NCBI GenBank assembly: GCA_965112735.1
Contig: OZ218953.1
Location: 5,084,001-5,148,000 of the forward strand
Direction of reading: 5' to 3'
Origin: Phaeosaccion multiseriatum
Taxonomy: Eukaryota > Protista > Ochrophyta, other classes
Length of the DNA: 64,000 nt
The notes under the pieces are model-generated. The model was not told where the DNA came from. It ran no database searches and saw nothing but the letters and a program-made list of their open reading frames with translations. This document shows, one piece after another, positions 10,880 to 24,643 of the stretch; the stretch's first letter is position 1; every line of letters starts with the position of its first letter. The position numbers and the translations under genes are program-made.

Positions 10880-12468
10880 TCTGTCTCACTCTGCTCGCCG
10901 CTGCTGCTGACTCTCTCTCTCTCTCTCTCTCATCTCTTCCTCCTGCGGGGTGATCCACCCCCCTGTGTGTCCGCTCCTCTGTGTGCAGAGGGCGCGTGGT
11001 GATTGGCCTCTTCGATGATCAGGCACCCAAGACTGTTGCTAATTTCCTCAAGTGCGTGAGAGGGACTGAGGGACGGAGGAAGGAGGGAGTGAGTGAGTGG
11101 GGGAGTGAATGAGTGCGTGCATGTGCGTGCGTGCGTATGTGAGTGGACGGGCAACAGGGTAATCTCCCTCCTCTCTCCTCTGCGACCCTGACACACACAC
11201 ACACACACACACTCTCTCTCTCTCTCTCCTCGCCCCCTCTCTCCCCCTCTCTCTCCTGTCCCAACACTCTCTCTCTCTCTCCCGTTCCGTCCTGTCACCT
11301 CGCTCTCTCTGTCTATCAGGTACATCAACTTGGACTACTCAGACGCGGCGCCAAGCTATGCGGGGGGGCTCTTCTCACGATTGACGCCAGGCAGGCTGCT
11401 CGAAGGCGGCAGGATTAAGGGGCTCAACCTGGTGCGGTACCTTGAGATCAGTAGTGAGAGGGAGAGAGGAAGGGAGAGGGAGAGGGAGGGGGAGAGCGCG
11501 CGACCGAGGGAGAGAGCACGAGACTGAGGGAGGGGGAGGGAGAGGGAGGGAGTGAGAGAGTGTGAATCAAGGAGGGAGAGAAAGGGAGAAGGGGGGGGGG
11601 GGACAGAGTACGCGAGTAAGGGAGGGAGACGGAGAGAGGTAGGGAGCGAGAGAGCGAGGGAGGGAGAGAAAGAGAGAGGGAGGGAGAGAGAGGGAGGGAG
11701 AGGAAGAGAAAGGGAGGGAGAGGGGGAGAGAGAGGAAGAGAGGAAGAGAGAGAGGGAGGGAGAGAAATGGAGAGGGAGAGAGAGGGAGAGAGAGGAACAG
11801 AGAGGAACAGAGGGGGAAGTCGAAGGTCAGAGAAGGAGAGAGACATGACCGCCTGGCACCACACTCCTACGTTGTTGTTGGCCTCCCGGCATGGTCTCCC
11901 TCTCTCATCCCGTCTGTGTTCTCTCTTATTCTCTCCTGTGCCTCTCTATTTCTCTCTATCCCCCCCCCCCTTCTCTCTCTCTCCCTCTCATTCTCTCCCC
12001 TCACCCCACCTCACGCAGGTCAACATTGCAGGCAACAACCAGCTCGAGTTCGGCGGCCAAATCTACCCCGCGGTGCCCTCCGTCGATCGAGACAACGGAA
12101 TCGCACACGACCAGAGAGGGCTCTTGTCGAGGCGCAAACTGGACGTTGGGCCTGAGTTCGCCATCACATTGGCTGCGGTGCCGGAGCTGGACAATGGGGA
12201 ACACACGGTGTTCGGCAAGGTCCTGGAGGGGCAAGATGTCCTCGAGAGGGTGGAGAGTGTGCCCGTCATGGACGACAGCAGCACGCAGGTGTGTGTATGG
12301 GTGTGTGTGTGTGTGTGTGGTGGGTGGTGTGTGTGTGTGTGTTTGGGGGGGTTTGGGTGTTGTGTGTGTGTGCGCGTGTGCTCGTGCGTTGTTCCCTCAC
12401 CTTCCCCTGCTTTCCTTGTTTTATTCTACGTGCCCGCTCACCCCCCTTCCGCCCCCTTCACCCCCCGC

Positions 12469-12528
<60 letters not shown>

Positions 12529-12685
12529 TCAGGACGACGGGAGCTTTGCTTCCAACCTTTACAAAGCGCAGCGTAAAGCGGCGCTGTCGGTAGGGAAGAA
12601 CGTGCTTGGTGATGAGCGGGCCGTTGACCGAACGGGTACACCTCTTCGCCGGATAGACATCTCTGGCTGCGGACTGATCAAGTAG
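9807..12685 (+). CDS. Thylakoid-lumen cyclophilin-type peptidyl-prolyl isomerase (CYP26-2-like), about 384 aa precursor
   Basis: Exons 9807-10304, 10593-10651, 10989-11051, 11320-11431, 12019-12288, 12533-12685 splice in frame. Cyclophilin motifs GRVVIGLFDDQAPKTVANFL, HTVFGKVLEGQDVLERVE and C-terminal GDERAV...PLRRIDISGCGLI. Signal peptide MAALLVVLVLAIAAAPVRA|FQ, then a transit peptide and a twin-arginine lumen signal SRRDVLRG...IANA. Confidence 0.9.
10652..10707. repeat. (AGTC)n microsatellite extending from the intron donor GTGAGT
   Basis: About 13 AGTC units directly after the donor at 10652. Confidence 0.9.
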
Positions 12686-12740
12686 ACCCAAGTAGACCCA
12701 AGTAGACCCAAGTAGGCCCAAGTAGGCCCAAGTAGGCCTA
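12681..12740. repeat. 10-bp tandem repeat AGTAG(A/G)CC(C/T)A x6 starting at the cyclophilin stop codon
   Basis: agtagaccca x3, agtaggccca x2, agtaggccta; the first unit contains the TAG stop. Confidence 0.9.
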
Positions 12741-12909
12741 AGTGAGTCGAGATGGTTAACATGTATGTCAAGAATGGTAAAGGTCAGGATGGGCCGAGCG
12801 TCAGAGCCCAGTAGAGACAAGAGCAAGAGCAAAGAGCAGCGTGAAGGGGAGAGGGGGAGAGAAGGGTCCGAGAAGGGTCCGGTATCTTTGGGGAGGACAA
12901 GGAATCACG

Positions 12910-12947
<38 letters not shown>

Positions 12948-13785
12948 GCTCTCTTGTTGTTGTTGAGATTGAGATGCAAGTGAGTGAGTGTTACACGAGG
13001 CGGTCAAGTCGGACGATGGGGCGGATTGAGACATGGAGAGGGGAAACACCCTTTTGAGGGTATTTCGGTGGATTGCCCCCGTCTTTCTGTCTCTTCTCAG
13101 TCTCCCCCCCCCCCTTTAGAAGGAGGGTGGGAGGGAGAGGAGAGAGAAAGAGAGAGAGAGGGAAGGAGAGAGGAAGAGAGAGAGAGGGAGGGAGGGAGAG
13201 AGGGAGACAGAGGCGACGAGCAGACAGACAAACCCCCTCCCGGCGTGTGGGTAGATGGACATATATATGCCCTCCCTCGCCGTGCGGGTGTACTTTGGCA
13301 GTTTCGTTCACGCACGGGGCGACGGAGTGCCTCACCGCTGCTCGCTCCACCAACACTTCCCTTGAGAGTACAACGCAACAGCAGCAGAACAGCCCGAGAC
13401 CGACCGATGATGGATTCACATTATATATATAGGGGAAGACAGAGAGAAACAGACATAAAATAGAAATCATCAAAACATTGAGAAGTGGACAGAAAGACAA
13501 ATGGGATCGTGGGGCTCAATCAATCAATCAAACAAGCAAAACAAAACGTATTTGCAAGGGCGAACTTGTGTGTGTCGATAATAAAAATTAAAAGCGTTTT
13601 GAGACGTTCTTTAGAAAACCCACCCGCCACCCGCCGCCCTGGTCGACCGATGATGTATCTATCCTCTCCTTCTAACGACCTCCTCCTCGATCTTCTCGAT
13701 AACCCACTCTCTATCCTCTAAAAGACCTCTTGCCCTCTCTCGACACCCACTCTTTCCCTATTCCTCTGGTCAAGTATACACAAAC

Positions 13786-13816
<31 letters not shown>

Positions 13817-14110
13817 ATCCATTCCCTTTCGTTCGTTCGCTCGTTCCTTCGGCCCAGTCAGTCTCAGTCTTTCTTTCTCCGTCGAGCCGAGAGCCGAGCC
13901 TCCCTTCCGCTCCACCCACTCACAGCACGACACGACACGACCAGCACCGTTTCTTTTCTCTCTCGCTCCCCCAGTCGCCGTCATCGTCGGTCTTCGGAAG
14001 AAGATCTCACCTCTGTCTTGCCTCTCTCGCACACTCTGGACACCTCTCGACGTCGACATCGACATTGGACATCGACATTGGAAATGGATACCCCGCCCCC
14101 CGCCCTCTCT

Positions 14111-14349
14111 CTACTGGGGTTCGTCGGCCATCTTGAGCATCTCATCAATGGAGGTGGGGGGGTTGGCCGCGGACTCCACTGCTTGTGGCAGGGGGTTGAG
14201 CACGCTCTCGATGCCGTCGGCGATGCCCGAGAGCATGTCGCTATCAAAGGAGTCGGCTAAGCCGTCCCCGAGGCCCATGACGATGCTCTTCGCCGCCTCC
14301 TCGCGAGCCTTACGCTCCGTCTCCATCCTCTCGTGGTACAGGGCCTGTT

Positions 14350-14382
<33 letters not shown>

Positions 14383-17210
14383 AGAGAGGGGAGGGGGCAG
14401 CGAGAGAAAGGTGGGTGGTGGTGAGCGCCAGTGGTAGACTACAGACAGACAGACAGACAGAGAGGACCAAGTACCGCAATTGACTTCCCTTCACGGTCCC
14501 CCCTCTCCTCTTCCTCTCCCCCTCACTCACCGCTGTCTGCTCTGCCTCGTCGAACACCTTCTGCGGGTTGCGGAGCATGTCACCAGGCTCGGGCTCGAGC
14601 GTCTTGGTGCTGAGGGCGATGCGTCCGTTGATCTTGTCGTGGTCGATGATCATGCACTTCATTGCCATGCCGGGGGCCACGATGGACGACAGGTCCTCGA
14701 TGCGGTCGTACGAGATCTGGAGGAATACGGGTCATGGGGTGGTGGTGATGATGGCACACGTCATATCACAAGGAGGACGAGGAGGAGGAAAGGAGTGGGA
14801 GTGGAGCAAAGGTAGCAAAGAGATTCGTCAACAGGCGGGCCTTGGGCCATACGTAACTAAACACGTAACTAACCTCCCGAAGACAGACAAACAACATACA
14901 TACATACATACACACCCTACCTGCGAGATGTGCAGCAGGCCCGACATGCCCCTGATCTCCACAAAGGCTCCGTAGGGCTTGAGGGCCTTCACCACTCCCT
15001 CCACCACGTCGCCTCGAGACAGTTCCTGCATCTCCTGCTCCAGCACGGCCCGTCTGAGGGGGGGGGAGGGCCAGAGAGAGCGGGGTTTGGGACGGGAGTC
15101 AGACCGAGGAGAGAGGGGAAAAAGCACGGGATGGGGAAGGGGGTGGGATGGCACTCAATACATAACACACGCACGCACGCACACACGCGCGCACATTCAC
15201 GCACCTGTTTGACACGACGAGCTTGTTGGCCTCGGGGTTGACCTCCAGGAATTTGAAGCTCATCTTCTGGCCTGTTATGTTAGTATAGAGGCATACGGAC
15301 ACAGCAGCGGCACCAGGGGACAGGATGAGGGGTGGGAAGGACGGAAGAGACGCAGGCATGACAAAGGGGCGGTAGAGCTCTGAATTGATGGTAACCACAG
15401 CCCTCTACCACAAACTGCCTCCCTCCTCCCAATCCAAGTCCATTCTTCCTGCTCTTTCTCCTCTTGGTTGCCTCAACTCCCCCGCCCTCCTCTCCTCACC
15501 CATACACGCACACACCCACACACGCACCGACAAGCTCCTCTGTGGGCAGACCTCCACACAAGTGGGAGCCGGGCAAGAAGGCACGGAGGCCCTCTACCAT
15601 GACGATTGCACCTCCCCTGTTGACGGCGACAATCTCGGATTCGAACACGGCATCTTCCGACTGCATGGCCTGCACACGCTCCCACGCCTTCTCGAACTCG
15701 AGCCTTCGGATGGAAACTGTCACCTGGCCCCACTCGTTCTCGTTGCTGCAGGGTTCATGTGGGGAAGGTCAGGGTGGGAGTCGGTAAGAGTAGTGTGGTA
15801 TGACACAAAGACAGAGAGAGAGAGAAGCGAAGCGGGGTGAGCACACGCTGGGGGGAGGGGGGTGCGTCTTGTCTGTCTGTTTGTCTCTGCACCACACCAA
15901 AACGCCCGTCCTTCATCCTCAAGGCCCCTCCACCGCTAGTACTGGGCGCGTTGAGCGGCCCACGTGCGGCGATTTCATAACCTTCCGCATGCTCCGCATG
16001 CTCATAATGTACCCCTGCTTGCTTTGCCTTCCTGCCTCAGAGCCGCCCCCCCTCCCCCAACCCTTCAGTTGCAGGCAGATGTAGCAGCATCAATCCCCCG
16101 CTCCCCCCCGGCTGCTCCTCGTGACGCACCTCACAATCATCACCTCCACCTCGTCTTCCAATCCGAGCACGTCATCGATGTCTCCCGTGACGGCAAGACC
16201 GGCCTCTCGCAGAGGCAGGTACGCGCCTGACTTGGAGCCAATGTCGATGAGGGCTCCGTCCTTCTCGTATTGTGCCACTGTCCCCTTCACCACCTCTCCT
16301 CGAGTGAACGCCACCTGCAGCGACAGCAGTCAGAAGCAGGAGCAGCGTAAGGCACAATGAGCCCAAGAAATAGCTGTTAAAAGAAAAAAGAGAAGGGTTG
16401 TTTCCCCGAACACGGATGGGGGCTGCACCTCTGGAAAAGATGGTGAGTGATAGTGTGTGTGATCAGTTGGAGCAAGTTTAGAGCCAGAAGCACCGTCATC
16501 ACAGTCTAGCACTTGTCAAGGCGACCAAAACTGCGCCCGCTAAAAAGATGGGAGGAGAGGAGAGGAGAAGCGGTGGCAGCCGCAGGCCGAGACGGGAAGC
16601 GAGCCCGGAAGCCCCCATCCACGGGGATAGGAGTCCCTTCACCAACCGCACCACCTTCGACGCGTTCAGCTCTGCTATTGAGGCTATGCCGTGCTGCTCC
16701 TCTGGCTGTTCCCCACGCACGCATGCATGAACAAACATTTTCTGAATTTCTTCCTTTCTCTTCCTCTTCCCCTCCCCAACTACTCCTTCTTTCTACTGCA
16801 CAGCACTGACTTGTCCTTCCTCCATCCCCTCCCCCACCACTGACCTTCTGCTCGTTGAGCATGGTGGCAAAGTCGCCATAGCCGAAACCCATCTCCTCTG
16901 CCATGTCGTCGAGGTCCAGGTCCTCGGCATCGAGGTTGCTCATGAGCCCCTTATACGTCTTCTTCTTCCTCTCGAACTTCGACTCCGGCTGCTCCAACAA
17001 GGTCGTTGATCCCAGGCTGGTGTTGGTGTCTACATCCGCAGCCTCTGACATGTGCAGGCGACTATGTGTGTGGCTCCTGCTGCTGCAAGTCGCCTTCTGC
17101 CCACAGCACTGCGCCGCCCGCGAGCCGGACGTCCATGAGCTCACAAGTGGTGCGTGGAAGGCCGTGGCTCCAGTGGCCGTGGCCGCAACAACGACAGCAG
17201 CAGCCTTCAT
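14111..17210 (-). CDS. rps1: Plastid 30S ribosomal protein S1 (nuclear-encoded, bipartite targeting peptide)
   Basis: Exons 17210-16845, 16314-16130, 15745-15528, 15271-15205, 15053-14921, 14716-14531, 14344-14111. Three S1 domains of cyanobacterial type: RGEVVKGTV...GALIDIGSKSGAYLPLRE, VNRGGAIVMVEGLRAFLPGSHL, KPYGAFVEIRGMSGLLHISQIS...RIALSTKTLEPEPGDML. Leader MKAAAVVVAATATGATA|FHAP. Confidence 0.95.
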
Positions 17211-17404
17211 CTCAGTCAACGCAACTGGTCGTCTTGGCTTGGGCAGGAAGGAAGGAGGCAAACCAGGTCAACCCCCCTGGGCGATATACGTAAGTAGACG
17301 TTGGGTCCTTACGTATGCCAGTGCCCCTCCCAAAAAGCGAGTATCCTTTTGAGAAGGAAAGGTTTGGCGTGGGCTGCAAGGCGGCAGAGAGGATGGCGGA
17401 GGGC
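17211..17404. promoter_or_regulatory. Very short divergent intergenic region (probable bidirectional promoter) between rps1 and TRAPPC11
   Basis: Only 104-194 bp between the rps1 ATG (17210) and candidate TRAPPC11 ATGs (17315, 17393, 17405). Confidence 0.5.
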
Positions 17405-18616
17405 ATGGCCTCTCGTGTGGACGTCGACCCGGACTTGCTGGAGACGCCTCGACCCCTCGTAGGCATTATGGGCTCGGCCCAAGCCAAGCCGATGAGGATG
17501 ATGGGGGGGGGAGGGGGGGCAGTGCCGGCCTCCGTGTCTGCTGCGCTGTCTGCAAAGGCCCACGAGGACATAATTACGGCCTTGGCTGGCGCAGATGCAG
17601 GGAGTGGCTTCACCCCGCTCCGTTTCCTCAGTATCCCGGACAACCACGCCTTCCCTCTCCGGAAGCGAGGGGGGGGAGGCTGGCTCACTCCGGATGGGAT
17701 GCACGTTGTGGAAGGCTATGTGTGCCAGGGTATTGTCAAGGCGGGCTGGCTTTCGAAGCATCTGCGGGAGCAGCCAGCAGTGGTTCTTTACTTTGCGCTG
17801 TCCGATGCATCGCTCACGCCGCTGGAGTGGGCACCTGTGGAGGCGTCCATAGTGGCTGGCATTGCTCAGATGCGCCAGACGCTTTCGCAGAGGGACGTTC
17901 GAGTGATGCTCGTGCTGGTCAATCGACGAGTGCCGCCATCGGCAGCAGCGGGGACGACAGGAGCTGCTGCACCTGGAGGAGGGGGGGGGTCACACCAGCA
18001 CCAGCAGCCGCAGCAGGACGGCCGCGAGCTGACCGAGGAGCGGTTGAGGACCATTCGCCGTAAGAGCGACCCGGTCAACTCCACCTCGCCTCTCCTCGCC
18101 ATGCAGCTCGCGGAAGCGGACCTGGCCCCGCTCAGCATCGCACTCCGTGGCTTGGTCAAGCAGGCCAGGGACCTTGCTCTTGGCCACTACAATGGTCGCA
18201 TCATTCGACTCCGCCGCCTGGAGAAGGTGGTCACGCCCCTTAGAGGCCACCAGAGAGCTCTTCTGGCCCGCCTGATGTTCAAACTGGCCACCTTTCATGA
18301 GCTCGAAGGCTCGGACTCCAAAGCCGTGTCACTTTATGGACAAGTGGCCGTGGTGCTGCAAGAGATTGTCTCGGCGGCTGCGCTGGCAACGGCGAGCTTC
18401 GAGGATGGCACCTCATCATCATCATCACCATCATCATTGCTTGCTCCTCCCACATCATCCCTCGCTGCGCTGGACACGCGTGGGTATGGTGCCGCCCCGG
18501 GCTCCACTGCCCCCACTTCGTCAACCATGTCTTCGCCCAGCAGCAGCGGCCTCAGAGGCGGGAGCGTGGTAGAGATGGAAGGCGGTGGTTTGGGTTGGGG
18601 ATCGCCACAGCAGGAC

Positions 18617-18671
<55 letters not shown>

Positions 18672-19667
18672 CGCCTAGCCCACTGGGAGGAGGGGCCGGT
18701 GAGGAAGGGGACGGCAGCAGCAGCAGCTCCGGAGGGGCGGGGGGGGGAGACCTTTTTCTGCAGCCCCCACCCCCCTCTTTCCCGCCACCCCACCCCCCAC
18801 CGCCGCCCATGGCTCCACCTCTGGTGCCACCACCTCCTCCAGCATCAGTGATGACCGTCATGGACGCTGTCCGAGCGGCGGGCGGGGACATATGCGAGCA
18901 GGTGAAGGGCGTTGCTGGGGTGTCGCTCTTCCGGCTGGTCAATGCAGAGCTGCGATGTATGCAGCAACCGGGGGGGAGCCTCCTCAACGCGCACAACAAC
19001 CTCCACCAGCAAGCAGTGTCGTCCTCAGCGGCTGCTGTGGCCGCTCAGCTCCAGTCAGTGGTGCTTAAGTTCCGACGGCATGTCAGCGCCTTCATGGGAG
19101 GGAGGGGGGTGGGTGATCTCCCATACCGGCATCATGCCTGGCTGAGCCAACAGTACCTGGTGTTTTTCAAGTTGACGAGGCACTTGCTGGAGCAGGGCAG
19201 GAAGACGGTGGGGGAAGCGGCCTATCTCAGTCCAAGCTACTATCTGCACCAAGCCGCTATGCAGGTACGTGGGTGGGTACGTGGGTGGGTGGGTACGTGG
19301 GTGGGTGGGTGGATGGGTGGGTGGGTGGGTGGATGGGTGGGTGGATGGGTGGGTGGGTGGGTGGGTGGATGGGTAGATGCGTGAATGGGTGGGTGGATGG
19401 GTGGGTGGATGTAGCATAACGTGTACATGTGTTTTTGGATTTTTGAGCCCCGCCGAGGGGGAGGAGTAGGAGCAGGAGGAGCAGGAGCAGGAGCAGGAGC
19501 AGTAGGAGGAGGAGGTGGTGGAGATGGAGGAGAGGAGGAGGAGGAGGAGGAGGAGGAGGAGGAGAAGGAGGAGAAGGAGGTCAGCAGACAGGCAGAGAGG
19601 TCTTGTCTGTGTCTCTTATCACGTCGTGCGCTCTCCTCTGTCCCTGCCCCTGTGCCCCCCCTGTTCC

Positions 19668-19710
<43 letters not shown>

Positions 19711-21975
19711 GCTGTCGTTCTCCCTCTCTCTCTAGGAGCGACAGCGCAGGGAGGAAGGGCAGCGGCGCTTCGCCTCCTTCGACCAAGCCACTCTCAAGAA
19801 CATGGCATCGGAACTGCAGGTAAGTCAATGTGTGTGTGTGTGTGTGGATGTGTGCGCGCGTGTGTGTGTGTGCACCCCCCGTTTCCTAATGGGCCTACCT
19901 TCGACCCCCCCCCCCCTCCTCCTCCTCCCAGGGAGTGCTGGTGCTGGATCCCGTGTACCTGGGTGAGGCCGTGCGCCTCAGCGACCCTCAGGCCAGGCCA
20001 GGACGGAACCTCAGGAACTGCTCTAAGGCCATCCTTGACCTTGAGGAGAGGAAGGTGAGGGCAGGGTGGGTGGATGAGATGATGAGTGTGGGTGGATGGG
20101 TGTGTATATGTACGTGAGTGTGCGGGTGTGTGGGTGCGTCTGTCCTTCTCTCTCCCGCTGTTGTCAGTACCTCTTTTCTCAAGACCCCTCTGAACAATAC
20201 AATGAATGGCAGCTGTAAACCGTATTCTTTTATGCCCTTTGTGCCCGTATTCCCGTATTGTTGTGTGTTGTGTGTGTTTTGCCTCTTCGTTGTCTTTTTC
20301 TCTTCTATTCTCACACTCATGGCAGGTGGATTTAAGTGCTTCTGTGGTGAAGCTGCTGGAAGATGCACTACAGGCACGAGAGAAGACACTGCAACTGCAA
20401 CACAACAACAACCGAGGTGAGTGAGCGAGTGCGCGAGTGAGAGTGTGTTTTTGTGGTTGGTCCGCCCTTCTTTCTCACCCCGCCTCTCCGTGTAGACGAG
20501 ACGGGAAGGAAGGCAAGAAATGACGGGCCTTGCTGTTTTGTGTGCTGCTGTTGGTTCCAAACAGTGATCATCTCGCTATCCTCTCTCTAGTTCACTTTTA
20601 ACCCGGCTGGGGCATGCCATACGTGTGTGTGTGTGTGTGTGTGTGTGTGACATACCCTCTTTTTCTCATGCCCTCTACCCCACCCCCTCCCATCGTCCCT
20701 CCCTCCCTCCCTTCCAACCCTTCCTCCCTCCCCTCCCTCCATCCCATAGTGGATCCTGCCTACATGCTGCGGCAAAAAGTACTGCTGCTAGGTACCCTCG
20801 GGCAGGAATACCATCGCCTAGGTCGGTGGGAAGCGGCCAAAGCCGCGTTAGGGCCGGCGGCGAGCAGCTATCTGGGCGACGGGTGGACGCAGTTGGCCTT
20901 GGTGGCGTTGGAGAGGTTGCTCGATAGCGCTTGGAGGCTCGGTCTAGCGGGAGACGTGGTGGAAACATCCCTCAAGCTTTTGGACTGCAGGTGCGTGTGT
21001 GTGTGCATTCGTGTGGTTGTGCGTGAGTGTGCGTATATGCGTGTGTGTGTACTGTGGTTTGCCGGTTCACCGGTTTCCTGCATCTCCCGGCCGCTTTTTG
21101 CCGACTCCTCCTCCCCCCCTCCCTCCCCTCAGATTGTGGCCCCTTGTGGAGCTGCGACAGCGCCGAGAACTGCTCCAAGATGTCTTGTCCATACTCTCCG
21201 CGAGGGCGAATTGCGATCCGTCCGCAGAGCAGCAGCAGCAACTGAGCAACGGTACCGCGCAGCAGCAGCTGCCTGATGGGGAAGGAGAAGGTGGTGGTGG
21301 AGGAGGAGGAGGAGGAGGAGGAGGTGGTGGTGGTGGTGGTGGTGGCGATGGTGGTGGTGCAGTAACCACAACCCTCCTTGACCTTCTACGCGCTCCGCTG
21401 GAGGCCGATCTCGTTGCCACCTGCCCCGATGTGGTGCACGTGCCCAGCGACTGCAGCAAGTATTTGGTGGAGGTGGTGGGGTCCTTTCTTGAGGGGCCTG
21501 TGGCGCTCGTGGGGGGCGCAGGGGAGCCCACCAAGCTAGCCCTCGTCGTGCGAAGTTTGCTGCCTGTGGCGGTGGCTTTCGACCACGTGGAGATTCTTTT
21601 TTCGATGCCCGAGGTGAGTGAGTGAGGGAGGAAAGGAGGAAGGGAGTGAGGGAGTGAGTGCGTGAAAAGATTGAATGAATGAGGTTGTGCGTACGTGAGT
21701 GAGTGAGTGAGTGAGTGAGTGAGAACTACGGTACTAGAGTGAGGCATATGAGGGGGAGAGGAAGATAGGAGTAAGAGAGGAGAGCGGGGAAGAGAGAGAG
21801 AGAGGAGAGACATTGTGTCTCCTCCTCTCTCCTTGGGCACCAGCAAGCAGGAGCAAGACGCAGCAGTGGGGGGCTTTTCGACCCGACTCTCCACTCTTAC
21901 CACTCTTAGGTCCGGTCCGGCCCAAGGGCCCCCCAATCATTTACACGCGACAATTTACACATTTAGTGGTCTGAC

Positions 21976-22016
<41 letters not shown>

Positions 22017-24605
22017 ATACGACTGATGCCGTGATTCTTCCACTTCCACAGGTGAGCTGCGTGCTACGGGATGCCTCTTCGGCAGAGGAGAGGGCAGAGG
22101 CGGAGGTAGCGCAAGAGGCGGAAGATGGGGTGGTAGCGGGAGGGGCTGTGGAAGGAGGAGGAGGAGGAGGAGAAGGAGGGGCACCCTTCAGCACCATAAC
22201 TCGGGTGGCACAAGAGATATTGGCGGATGTACCACCGGGGATGATGGCCGCAGGAGGAGGAGGGGGAGGAGGAGGAGGAGGAGGAGGAGGAGGAGGACAA
22301 GACGAGAGGATTACTACTTCTAGTGGTTTGAGTTGCACGAACAACAGCAACGACGGCAACGACAACAGCAACAGCAACAGCAACAGCAACGATCCGTACG
22401 CGGATACCCAACAGACTGCTCCTCAGACATGCTCCTTTGGAGTGAGCCTGGTGTTACTGCCAGGGGTCACGACGGTGTTTGAAATCCCCCTGCGGCCGCC
22501 GCCACACATCGAGGACCTTGTTCGCTCCATGTCGACGAAGCGCCCGCCCGCGCTTCACGTTGTGGGAGCCTTATTCCACTTCACCCCCCCCCAGACCCCC
22601 CCCCAGCTGGCCCTGGCACAAGCGGAGGCGGCGGCGGCGGCAGCGGAGGAGGAGGAGGAACAAGAGGGGCAATGGGATGGTGCGGGTAGTATGGCCGTGG
22701 AGGGCAAGAAGGGTAAGGGCGTGAAGCCTAAGCGTGCGGCGGGTCTCGCACTTGACGCACCTGTATGCTCTCTGGATGAGGTGAGGCGAGCGGGTTGGTG
22801 GGACGGCCGGGGGTCGGCCGTCCTGCGCTTTGAGACGCCCGTCGGACGAGCGTCGATACAGAGGGTGGCCCTTTCGGCTGCCCGACCCCTGTCTGTGTCT
22901 GGAGTGGAAGGAGAAGGGGGGGGCTCTTCTCACACTCTCACAGGCGAAGAAGGATCATCATCAGCATCATTATCATCATCATCGGAGGGGGGGGCGAATG
23001 GCACCACCGCTTCTTCTCCTTCTTCTTCCCCTGCCGCTGCTGCCGCTGCTCCATTGCCGGGGCTGTTGGCGGGTGCGTTAACGTGCATCAGGTTGCGTGT
23101 GCGTGGCAATGGAGACGCTGTAGAGAAGGGGCGGATACGCTTGCTGTGCTCCCCGCCGCCTGCGAACCACCGTCCGGCCAATGCGTTCTTCTGGGAGGAG
23201 TGCACATGCGAAGGCGGAGAGGGAGGGGGGGGTGGGGAGGCGAAGGAGGGAAGCGAGAAGAGCTCGCGGCGGATGGGGGAGGGCGGGCGAGTATTTCGAC
23301 CGATGAAGCTCGGGGACGATGACTTGCAGCCGCTGGATGCCGTGCCGGTGCCGCCCATTCCGGCGGCGGAGATGGCAGCAGACGGCCGAGGAGTGGTGGG
23401 GCAGGAGGAAGGGCGGACGGTGGACGTGTGGGTGCGGTGCTCGGCAGAGTTTGAGAGTCGGATTTTGTCCGCGCAACTAGAATACGTGGCACACACGAGC
23501 GGAAGTAGTGATGGAGATGGTGGTGGTGGTGGTGGTGGTGGTGGTGGCGGGGTCGGTACATCTAGGAAGAGTGAGGACTGGCCCTTCTTGGTGACCGTGG
23601 ACTTGAGTCTGTCGTGCTCCAAACCTGTGGGGATGTATATGGTGGATATGTCAGCAATGCAGGAGTACACATCGGCACTGACGCTGGCCGATGAGGCGAG
23701 TGCGAGGAGCAGCAGCAGCAGCACCGGTAGCAGTAGTGGGAGGGACCCCTTCCTCTCCTTGCCCGGCCAGCAGCAGAAGCAGCAGCGGCGGCCAAGTCAA
23801 CGGCAGAATGGGCAAGGCGGGAAGAGCATCGCAGAAGCTCTGGTGGGTGAGCTGATGGTCGTTCGGTGCTGCCTCATGTGCCCTCACTCGCAGCCGGTGG
23901 TGCTACGACGGGTTGAGGTGGAGCTCGGAGAGATGGGGCAGTCCATTGTCGACCTCGTCGGCGACCCCGTCCTGCTGAAGGACGACGAGGAAGAACAAGA
24001 GGAGGAAGGAGATGGTGGTGGCGGACAAGGAGACGAAGGTGACAGACAAGGCGAGAGGGAGGGTGAGGGTCCCACTGGAGACAGCAGCGGAGGAGAAAGT
24101 GGGGGAGGAGGAGGAGGAGGAGGAGGAGACAGTGGGGCCAGAGCATCCGCCTTCTCTGACAGAGATGCCGTGCTGCGCCGTGCCGACCACTACACCCTCG
24201 TCTTCTTGATCCGAGGCAAAGCCGCAGGCGTCGCTCCGGAAACGCTGGGAAAGCTCCGGGTCTTGTGGCAACGCGTGTCTGACGGGAGACTGAAGATACC
24301 CACCGCCACGGCTGCTGCTGCTGCTGCCCTCGCCCTCCCCCCCTCCCCCTCCTCCACCTCCTCCCCCCCTCCCCTCATTTCGATGAGCGATGACGTCGGC
24401 GGCATGGTGGAGGAGGGATCGGGGGGCGCGGCGGGGGTCGAGGGGGGTGAGTCGGAGCTCTTGGCAGGGCTCGTGACTTGCACGGACCTTCGCCTCCCGC
24501 CTTTGTGCGTAGAAGCACCGGCTCTTGTGGCGAATCTGCGTGTGCCTGACCACGCCACCCTCGGGCAAGACTTCAGGCTAACCTGGGTAAGTCAGTAAGT
24601 GCATG

Positions 24606-24643
<38 letters not shown>

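Noticed and set aside
12741-14110. ORFs in the convergent gap between the cyclophilin and rps1 genes
   Set aside because: Low-complexity 3' UTR or intergenic sequence with no splice-consistent coding exons.
22046-22057. CAG|GTGAGC acceptor followed by a donor-like sequence (possible recursive splice site skipping TRAPPC11 exon 7)
   Set aside because: Many exons here begin with GT (Val codons, proto-splice bias) and exon 7 carries needed coding sequence; no independent support.
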